A stretch of 64,000 nt of DNA, taken from NCBI RefSeq assembly GCF_006345805.1, contig NC_043005.1, positions 45,880,001 to 45,944,000 of the forward strand, read 5' to 3'. The notes under the pieces are model-generated. The model saw only the letters and a list, made by a program, of their open reading frames with translations, did no database searches and had not been told where the DNA came from. Numbering within the stretch: the first letter of the stretch is position 1; every line of letters starts with the position of its first letter. Origin of the DNA: Octopus sinensis (taxonomy: Eukaryota). This document shows positions 54,069 through 64,000 of the stretch, piece by piece. Position numbers and translations under genes: made by a program.

Positions 54069-54132
54069 TGAGTGCCACTGCAAGTACAACTACAAGTAAG
54101 CTTACTTGTAGTTGTACTTGCAGTGGCACTCA
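54069..54132. repeat. Perfect 64-bp spacerless palindrome
   Basis: TGAGTGCCACTGCAAGTACAACTACAAGTAAG|CTTACTTGTAGTTGTACTTGCAGTGGCACTCA. Confidence 0.96.
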
Positions 54133-54461
54133 CTTGAAGTAGATTGAGCCAGCTTCGACCAAAAAGTCATGTTTGGAGTTTCAGTTGGAATACAAGTTCA
54201 AATGTGGCCCCCAATCACATGTATACACACTTTGGAATAGTGTGATCTGTAGCAACTAACTCATCTTGTTGTTGATTGTGAACCATCACAGAGGATTCAT
54301 TGACCAAGTCATAGGCAATTATCAGAGCAGATGTAGCATGGGCTTAAAGCAGGTTCTAGAAACATACAGTAACAAAAAATAAGTGGTGCCTCACTCCCGG
54401 TGGTCTTCTGTCATGCCAGACACCAACCTAGAATTTCTGAGAACCCATGCTTCACAGTTAA

Positions 54462-54678
54462 CCTTTTAGTATTCAAATTATTCTCTCAAACGTAATGCTT
54501 TTTCATGCAAATTGTTTTTAATTAATCATGCATTATTTTGTCGCTTTGAAATTATGATGATGTGAATGTATATTTTATAATGGCATTGAAGGGTAAGTGT
54601 AATAGGCTGAATCTGGCTGGTTAGAACATAAAACATAGTATATTTGGGCTAGATATGGTCAGTCTAAATGCTAAAGGG
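54462..54678. mobile_element. TTAA-flanked MITE, family A
   Basis: TTAA|CCTTTTAGTATT ... AATGCTAAAGGG|TTAA; collinear with 53018-53223. Confidence 0.82.
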
Positions 54679-54819
54679 TTAAGCAACAAGTCTTAAACAA
54701 CAATTCGACTATGGTTGCTGTCTAGCTCCAGGTCAGTCCCAATCAAGAAGACATAGATGCAAGGAGTCAAGAATCACATTATCAAATGTGTTTTCCTGAG
54801 ACACTAAGGTGAGATGTAA

Positions 54820-55039
54820 CCCTTTTGTTACTGTATTTATTATGAGATGCTCTGTTTTTCTTTCAATTACTTTAAACATAACAAAGAATTTAGTAAAATA
54901 ACTTTGTTATCATTCAGCTAGTGTTAGGAACATAAATTATGACTAAGGTTTGGTGGAAGATCTTAATTCAAATCTTATGAAAACAAGACATTTGTACTCA
55001 GAACCAGAGCTGGTTTCAGCCAGGTTGGTAACGAAAGGG
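54820..55039. mobile_element. TTAA-flanked MITE, family B, second copy
   Basis: GTAA|CCCTTTTGTTAC ... GTAACGAAAGGG|TTAA; 220 bp and collinear with 32310-32529. Confidence 0.85.
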
Positions 55040-56190
55040 TTAAGGATTACTTGGTTGCTATTTCTTGCAATCGTATGACCATGTAGAAATGTCCTCATTG
55101 CCTTGACAGTTATTTGTTACTTTAATAACATGTCATTTTGTCATCTTAGTGTATTATTTTATCACTCCGTGGTAGTAAATGTAACTACACCAGAAGAGGA
55201 TTAGTATCCGGCATCAAGGTGAATGGCATCGAGGTACTATCAAAACAGTAACTGATTCCTTGGCAAACAACAATGTTCTGCTCTTCAACCAGTTTATTCC
55301 AGCTTAGTTGCAGATGTTTGTTGCTAAATGGACTGAAATAAGAGATTTCTTCAGATTTTCTTCTTTCATGAAACAAACAACATTCAATTAATTATATTAA
55401 AGTTGTTGTTGCTGCTGCTGCTCTGGTTGATAAAGAGATGTTCTCATTCTGATGCTGATAATGATAGTGAGGATAACTATTCATAAAGAAGATCATGGTA
55501 ATAATCATCGATTAGGTATCAATAGTAGTGGTAGTGGTGGTGGTGACAGTGGTATTGATGGTCGTGATGGTGGTGGGAATGGTGGCAGTGGAGGTGGTTG
55601 TAGTAGGAGTGATGGTAGTGGTGGTGACAGTGGCATTGATGATGGTGGTAGGGGTGGTTGTTGATGGTGAAGATGCTAATGTGGATGATAGTATTAGTGG
55701 TACCAATATTATTGGTGGTGGCAGTGGTGGTAGTTGTAGTGCTGGTGGGTGGTTAGTGTTGTTTACAGTTTTTGCTGAAGATATTAGTAACAGCAATAGT
55801 GATAGCTGCAGTGGTGGTAGTGGCGGTAGGTGAAAGTTGATGGTAGGAGTTGTTAGTAACAGTAGTAGTAATAGTAGTGGTATTGGTAGTGGTAATAATC
55901 AATACGATGATCTTTACAATCATAAAACAGATGGAACAAAAAACAAAACAAACAAAAAAAAAATCACTGATTTGATATTTCCACACTTCAGCTCTGCTAC
56001 TTCACCTAATCGCTTGTTATATGATGAAACATATTAAAAGGTGGTGGAAGACTTGAGTGCATCTCGGAAGCTTAGGATATGACGATTCCTCCGAAACATT
56101 TAGTTCTTACTTCTAATCCACAGTTTTCTACTCCCCGCCCTCATCACCCCAAAGAACACAATATGATTTAATTTCAATTTAGCCATAAGT

Positions 56191-56530
56191 GAAGGTGCAT
56201 GACTCAGTGGTTAGAGCATTGGGTTCACAATCATGAGATAGTGAGTTCAATTCCCAGACTGGGCTATGTGTTGTTTTCTTGAGCAAGACACTTTATTTCA
56301 TGTTGCTCCCATTCACTCAGCTGTAGAAATGAGTTGCAACACCACTGGTGCCAAGTAGTATAGGCTTTGCCCTTCCCTTGAATAACATCAGTGGTGTGAC
56401 AAGGGGAGGCTGGTATGCATGGGTGGCAGCTGGTCTTCCATAAACAACCTTACCTGGACTTGTGCCTTGGACAGTAACTTTCTAAGTGCAATCCTATGGT
56501 CATTCATGTCTGAAAGGAGGTCTTAACCCT
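56191..56530 (+). mobile_element. SINE family D (tRNA-like head)
   Basis: GCATGACTCAGTGGTTAGAGC...GAGTTCAATTCCC head, then TTGAGCAAGACACTTTATTTCATGTTGCTCC. Related pieces lie at about 23881-24075+, 36050-36560- and 42960-43280-. Confidence 0.72.
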
Positions 56531-58807
56531 AGCCACAGGTATATAAATCAGTGATTCTCAACCGGGGACTATATGGCCCTTGGGGATCCACATAAAATTT
56601 CGTTAAAATTTAAGTGCAATAAATTGGTTTTACATATATAATACATTTGTTTTTCTATTATTCCTAACAATATTTAATTATATTTAGAAAAAAAAAAAGT
56701 AGCGAGTTGGCAGATTCGATAGGATACCAGGAAAAAAATGGTTAGTGGCATTTCATCTATCTTTATGTTCTTAATTCAATTTGTGCGGAGGTCAACTTTG
56801 TCTTTCATCTTTTTGTGGTAGATAAAAGTATGTATCAGTTGAACACTGGGGTTGAGGTAATCGATTTACCCCTCCCCCAAAATTGCTGGCCTTATACCGA
56901 AATTTTAAACCAATACTTAATTCTTAAAAAACAGTGGAATTCTTTTTATATACATCAAATGGCTATTGAGGCCCACTAGAGTAAAACAGGAATGAAAGGG
57001 GGTCCATAGACAAATAATGGTTGAGAATCATCAAGCATTAAGTGATAACAGGTGCTTCAATGTTAGCCACTCAACTGTAAATTTGCAGAACCAACATCAA
57101 AGTGTGGTAGGTAAGACCCATGAAGCATCTGGTAGCAAGAGTCTTCATCATTATCATTATTGCTTTAACATCCACTTTTCCATGCTTGCACAGGTTGGAG
57201 ATTTTCAAGGCACATTTTCTGTTGTCGGATGTCCTTCCTATCACCAGCTCTTTCCAGTTTCTAGGCAAGATAATATATATTTATGGCCAGACATGCTTTT
57301 GCAGAATATTGAAAATGATTGAAATTCATTCACAACAATCATGCAATGTCAAGTCAAGGAGATGTAATCATATAAACACATATACATATACACCACAGGC
57401 ATCTTTCAATCTCTGTCTACCAAATAAAAGAAGACACTTGCCCAAGAATGTCATATAGTGTGGCTGAACATGAAACCATGTAGTTGGAAAGCAAACTCCA
57501 GAACCATTCAACCATCATCATTTACTGTCTGTCTTCCATGCTGGCATGAGTTGGATGGTTTGACAGTAGCTAGTAAGCCAGAAAACTGTGCCAAGCTCCA
57601 CTTGGCATGATTTTTATGGCTGGATGCTCTTCCAAATGCCAACCACTTTACATAGCAGACTGGATGCTTTTCATGTGGAACCAGTATAATTTTGAACACT
57701 GTTTTTCTATAGTATATATTTAGGAAAAGTCAGTTGAACTGCTCCAAACCTCTGCCCAATTATACTGAAACACATCAATATTTATAATACTGACACTGCT
57801 CACAACAGCAATCTCTTTTTCTTCTTTCATTTAGCATTTAGTTAAGCAGAGAAGGGCTAGGTTCTTGGCTCTGAGATTATTGAAAGGAAATGATTCTCAA
57901 AGTAAAAATCTGGTCTGAATATTTATGCTCAAGAACCAGTGGGTGGTGGTGATGGTACTAAACCAGCTGATTGATTTATTAATTACTAAATTGACTAAAT
58001 CTAATGCAAACAACACCAGAACAAGTATACAAGACATTTCATCTACCAATCCATCAATGTAGACTGGTTCTTTATTTTAATGAGCACAAAGAGTGAAAGG
58101 CTAAGTTGATCTTCATGGGATTTGAACTTAGATCACCGACAGACAAAACAAATATCAAAAGGAATTTTGTTCATTATCATAACAACTGTCAATTCACCTT
58201 GGTACCTATCTACAGTTAGATGGACTGGACCACTTGACAGTTAAGTGCCTTAGCCCTGGGTTATAATACAGTGTGTGAATTGCTGATCTCTCAGTAGATT
58301 GTCTAATGTCTCTTTGATACAGCACATCCCCTGCAACACTCAAATAATACATCACTAAAGTGCTGGTTCACCAGACAGTTTGGTTTCCATTCCATACAGA
58401 AGGATTAAAATGAGTAAGCTTGTCAAAGTATTCCTCCTTGTAAGCTAGTAACTATGGACTGAAATTTAGAACACAAAAGTAAGTGGATTCAATGAATGAT
58501 TAACTTTGTATTGCAGAGCTCACTTACTGGAAGCTCAATACCATTCCATGGCATCCATACTTTTAAGAAGTGCATCTGGTACAGTATCATCATGTTTCAA
58601 GAAAATTCTTTTAGTCTTTTACTTGTTTCAGTCATTTGATTGCAGCCATGCTGGAGCACCACCTTCAAGGGTTTTGGTCAAAGAAATCTTTGTAAACCTA
58701 GTACTTATTTTATCAGTCTCTTTTGCCAGACCACCATGTCACAGGGAGATAAATATACCAGCATCAGTTTTTAAGCGGTGATGGTGGGACAAAGACACAC
58801 ACAAATG

Positions 58808-58853
<46 letters not shown>

Positions 58854-59786
58854 CATACATACAGACACACACAACTAGCTTCTTTAGTTTCTCTCTTCCA
58901 GTTCCACTCACAAGATTTTGGTCAGCCTGACGCTACAGAAGACACTTGCCAAAGGTGGTACACAGTGGGACTGAACCTGGAACCATGTGGTTGGAAAGCA
59001 AGCTTCCTACTACACAGCCTTAATTTTGAAAAAAAATCAAATATATAAATAAAAAATAAATTCAATTAAATTTTAAAAAAACTAACCAACATAATAAGCT
59101 AAACTGCTAACATTTTCTACCTTAAAGACTCTTATTGTTCCCTTTGATTTTCTATTTTCTTTTCAACTTACTGTTTCATTACTCCTTTACCTTGTTTCCC
59201 CGGCATCTTTTCCCCATCATCATCATTTACTTAAATGATTTTCCCCACCTCATTCTTAATCCACTCTATTGTCTTAAAGACTTTTAAGCTGGAAATCTTT
59301 AAACTCCTTTAGCCAAGCAATCTATAATCAAGAGAGCCATCTATTCATTAACCAGAGAAATGTTTTACAGCAGGCAACCAATCCTAAATTTTTATAATTA
59401 ACTTCAAGATAAACATATTCTGGGGGAATTACTGCAGGATAAACTATATAAAAGAGATTCTGATTGACAAGAGCCATTCAATTAGCTAATTTGATCCTTA
59501 CATGTTATTTACAGCAGCAGATATTTTTCAGCGAGTTTCCTTAAAGTATGAATAAATAAATGGAAATAATAAACAAAATGTTGAGTTGATTAAATGAAAA
59601 TTAAAATAATGGTTATGAAACATTTTGCTTGCCGTTACTGATTCGTTAGCTGAACTAAATGCTAAAGTGCTAGTTAAGAATCACTGGTTTCTTTAAATAA
59701 CAGACAGCTGCTCTAGAGGTGATGACAAGACAAAGTTATTTCTAACAATCCCTGAATTCTTTTAAGTATTCTTCGTATAGTTGATA

Positions 59787-60287
59787 CTAGCAGTATCGCC
59801 CGGCGTTGCTCGGGTTTGTAAGGGAAATAACTATATAAGCATTTTTAGAGAGTTACTTCCTTTATAGATGCCAATTCGGGCTTTCTTAGCCATTTCTGTT
59901 TTGGTTTCGTTGTTCTAAAAGAACGCTGGTCTCCTTGACAACGCATTACGACATTGATTTCCTTAAACTCCCTTCCCCACAGCTTCACGAGGGAGGGAAG
60001 AAGGGGGAGAAGCAAACACAGGTGCAGGTGTTTGAGCATGGACGCCAACTTCACCGCTATCGACACACGAAAAATTATGCATTAAAATGGAATAAAAAAT
60101 GATGTTAAATTATTTTTAAAATCGTAAACTCATCGTAGACGCACGCTAATAGCCAGACGGGCTCGATATTAATCACGACTATAAGATACCCGAATTTGGT
60201 TAAACTGCACCGCAAAATGTGGGAGGAGTTAGGAATCTAAATCGTAGGAGACAGACACTCACACAACTACAGTTTTATATATATAGA
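59787..60287 (-). mobile_element. Non-autonomous Helitron, 501 bp
   Basis: On the minus strand it begins A|TCTATATA and ends CTAG|T (A-T target, no TSD). A GC hairpin CCCGAGCAACGCCGGG lies 8 nt before the CTAG. The element is CpG-rich relative to its flanks. Confidence 0.88.
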
Positions 60288-60409
60288 TAAGGTGGAGGAA
60301 AGTAATGAATGTTGGATTTGTTTTTAAGAGTTATCAATCAATGCGGAGCAAAGATCTCTAATAAAAAGATTTGTAACTGAGGTACCAAGAGCCCACTGAC
60401 CGTGCTTAA

Positions 60410-60654
60410 CCCTTTAACATGAAGATTACTGACAAAGTGATGCTTATTTATTCACATGGTTTTGAATTGATCATGCATTAAACCCTGCAAACTGGCCAGG
60501 TCCAGCCTCTCACACCTACCCTACAATGTCATTTTAAATATAAACAATCACATCATCAAAATATTGAAATTACAAGTTAATGCATGACTAATTCAAAATA
60601 TTGTAAATAAATAAGCATTACATTCGACAGAGTAACCTGAAGTCCAAAAGTTAA
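60410..60654. mobile_element. Rearranged family-A MITE with two left ends in inverted orientation
   Basis: 60410-60480 is a forward left end. 60485-60654 is a reverse-oriented copy that finishes in the same left end. Confidence 0.65.
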
Positions 60655-60999
60655 GGCACTGAGCTGGTAGAGTTCTTAGTACACCAAACAAAACATTTAG
60701 CAGCATTTTGTCCAGCATAACATTGCCTTTCATTCTTTCAAGGTCAATAAAATAAGTCCCAGTTGAGCACTGGGGTTGATGTAATCAATGTACCCTCTCC
60801 CCCGAAATAGCTGGCCATTATCATTATTATTAGCAGTAGTTGTAGTAGCAGCAGGTGAGGAGCTGGCAGAGTTGTTAGTATGCCAAGTGAAATTCTTAGC
60901 AGTATTACATCTGTCTTCACATTCTGAGTTCAAATTCCGCTGAGGTCGGCTTTGCCTTTCATCCTTTTGGGGTCAATAAATTAAGTACCAGTGAAATAC

Positions 61000-61373
61000 T
61001 CTCTTTACTCTTTTACTCTTTTACTTGTTTCAGTCATTTGACTGCGGCCATGCTGGAGCACCACCTTTAATCGAGCAACTCGACCCCGGGACTTATTCTT
61101 TTGTAAGCCCAGTACTTATTCTATCGGTCTCTTTTGCCGAACCGCTAAGTAACGGGGACGTAAACACACCAGCATTGGTTATCAAGCAATGCTAGGGGGA
61201 CAAACACAGACACACAAACACACACACGCATATATATATACATATATACGACGGGCTTCTTTCAGTTTCCGTCTACCAAATCCACTCACAAGGCTTTGGT
61301 CGGCCCGAGGCTATAGTAGAAGACACTTGCCCAAGGTGCCACGCAGTGGGACTGAACCCGGAACCATGTGGTT
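61000..61373 (-). mobile_element. SINE family A, young, nested in a family-B SINE
   Basis: CpG-intact copy with a (CTTTTA)n tail. It interrupts a family-B copy whose halves lie at about 60855-60998 and 61374-61440. Confidence 0.85.
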
Positions 61374-61875
61374 AAGGTAATCAACTAGTCCCCTCCCCCA
61401 AAATTTCAGGCCTTTTGCCAATAGTAGAAAGGATTATTATTATTAGTAGTAGTAGTCGAAGTAACAACAACATACTATCTTAGACTATTCCTCAATGATC
61501 TATCACAGCACTATCATGAATTCTTCTCCTCTATCACTGTCTGTTAAAATTAACTACAGAGACAGAGAAAGGAGGAGGAGCATCAATGTTCCTCACCTGT
61601 CCCCTATGGAAAGGCAAATTCACCTGAAGAGCCAAGAGCACCCTCTACTTTTCCACATCAACCACTGAAACACACACACACACACACTTTATTTTTTGGA
61701 TACTAAGGCTACCAATGGTTTCATGAAGAAGAATCTCGTAACAATTATCAAGTTTGCTACATAGGATGATAATTATTAAGAGACTCTTCATTACAAGAAA
61801 CTATTGGTAGCCTTGTTAACCCATAAATAACACTAATACAATGTTGAGCACTCATTCTCACTGTTTGATATAGGC

Positions 61876-61922
<47 letters not shown>

Positions 61923-64000
61923 CTGTGTGAAAAGAAGTTTGCTTCCTAACAACATGGTTCTAGGTTTAGTCCCATTGCACCTTCGGCAAATGTCTTCAAC
62001 TATAGCCTCAGACTGACCAAACTCTTGCAGGTGGATTTGGTATATAGAAACTAATTGAAGTTTATATGTATATGTATGTGTGTCCCCACTACTGCTTTAG
62101 AACCAGTGTTGGTGTGTTTACATCCTTGTAACTTAGTGGTTTGGTGAAAAAAGATCGATAAAGTACTGGAATTGATTCATTTGACTAAAAATTGAAGACG
62201 GTGCCCCAAGTAAAAGATAAAAGATACACACACATATCGAGACAAACAGACAGGAAGATGGAAAAGGAGAGTGAGAGAAAGATAAGAATTCTATTGTGGT
62301 ATTATGCAATAAGTGAAGTTTCAAACCCTTAAACTATATTCTCAGATGTTTTCAAATTAAAGCATACATCTGAAATTAATTTAATGCAGTCCTTTTGAGA
62401 AACAGAATGCTATTTCCTTGAGGAAGAATTCAAATGTAACTATTTTCCATTCCATTAAATTGAAAGCAATAGAATTATTTTCTCATCATAACTTTCTTTA
62501 AAAACTAAATTCTGCAAATATGGTTATATTTCAATAAACTTCAAATTCACAAAAAAATTTTTCAGAAATGTTTTGTTGTTTAAATCTAATTCAGCCTTGA
62601 TTTAAGCATTCTACAATGCATTCTAGCTATAACCATCCCATCTTGTTCCTGTGTGCTAGGCAGCCAGCATTACATCATCCAATTGTCCTTTCTAAGATTT
62701 TAAGGCAGTGGTCCTCAGCCAAATTTTACCTGTGGACCCCTTTGATTCCTATTTTACTCAGGTGGGCCCTCATAGAGATTTGGTGCTTGTGCAGGCGTGG
62801 CTGTATGGTAAGAAGAGTGCTTCCCAAAGACATGGCTCTAGGTTCAATCCCAATGCATGGCACCTTGGGCAAGTGCCTTCTATTGTAATCTCAGACTGAC
62901 CAGAGCCTTGTGAGTGGATTTGGTAGAATGAAACTGAAAGAAGCCCATTGTGTATATGTATTTACGTGTGTGTTTGTACCCCCATCACAGCTTGGCAACT
63001 GGTGTTGGGGCATTTACATCTCCATATCTTAGTGATTCAGCAAGAATATCACTGATAGAATAAGTACTAGGCTTATGAAATGAGACCTGGGGTCAATTTG
63101 TTCAGTTAAAACCCTTCAAAGCATTGCTCTGGCATGGCTGCAGTCAAATGACTGAAACAAGTAAAAGAATATTTTAATACTTAAATGATATAAGGAAATG
63201 TATAAAATGGGTTTTTTAAATATTTTGTGCATTGTAGAAACAGAACCAACTTATTGCACATAAATTTTAATAAACAAAATTTTGTATGAACCTCTAAAGA
63301 TCATATGGACCCCGGCTGAGAATCTCAGTTCTAAGATATGATTTGAAAGAGATTTGGCCGCAAGTTTAAGATGAAGTTTTGTGTGATTTCTGTGTATAAT
63401 AAGTGTTCTCTGTGATTAAAAAAATTACCTTGAAGATATCAGTTTATTATTTTTATGACAATACATATGGTTTTCCAACTAGAGTTAGTCCTCCATTATC
63501 TGAACCAGGTGAGTGAGGTATATTTTGTTTGGATAATTGGTTGTTCAGACAAGTGATCTAATTGTAAACAGAGGACACTATCTTACCTTTAATCTTCTAC
63601 TTGTTTCAGTCATTAGACTGCAGCCATGCTGGGGCACTGCCTTGAAGAATTTTTAGTTGAGTGTATCAACCCCAGTACTTAATTTTTTTTAAAGCTTAGT
63701 ATTTATTGTCAGTGGTACTTATGGCGACATAGACACACCAGCATCAGTTTTCAAGCATTGGGGTGGACACAGACACAGTCACACACAGCTTCTTTCAGTT
63801 TTCATCTACCAAATCCACTCACAAGGTTTCGGTTGGCCCAAGGCTATAGCAGAGGACACTTTCCCAAGGTGCCATTCAGAGGGGTGGTTGTGAAGAAAGT
63901 TTCTTACCACACAGTCACATAAAAAAGCACAAAGTGACAAAATATTCTAGTCTCCTGCAATCTTACCATGATCCAGACAGTAGTGGTGTTTGCTTCGCCT

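Noticed and set aside
281-64000. The many 60-130 aa ORFs with YIYI, HTHT or CVCV runs or SINE-derived peptides
   Set aside because: They map onto microsatellites and SINE copies, and the same peptides recur wherever the repeat recurs.

Overview
AT-rich, CpG-depleted animal genomic DNA with no prokaryotic features. The dominant SINE families match what I recall from octopus (coleoid cephalopod) genomes; this is recognition from memory, not a database result. Only one host-gene segment is supportable: a large first coding exon (minus strand, 15558-14527; CDS 15439-14527) of an OATP/SLCO transporter most like SLCO5A1/Drosophila Oatp30B. It has clean splice sites and two upstream ORFs. Everything else appears to be intron or flank of that gene (at least 14.5 kb downstream, up to 48 kb upstream). 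It is packed with SINEs of at least four families, TTAA-flanked MITEs, decayed maT and mariner transposons, RTE and Hero-like LINE ends, a non-autonomous Helitron and microsatellites. The most interesting signals are structured nucleic acid elements. These are a hammerhead ribozyme with a complete catalytic core and a very long stem II (27740-27853), a second minimal hammerhead-like motif (17661-17705), a 160-bp near-perfect palindrome (33439-33598), a perfect 64-bp palindrome (54069-54132), a 234-bp fold-back (22781-23014), and a SINE-internal minisatellite with a 184-bp higher-order repeat (37246-37900). All coordinates were counted by hand, and repeat boundaries are approximate to tens of bases unless terminal motifs are quoted.
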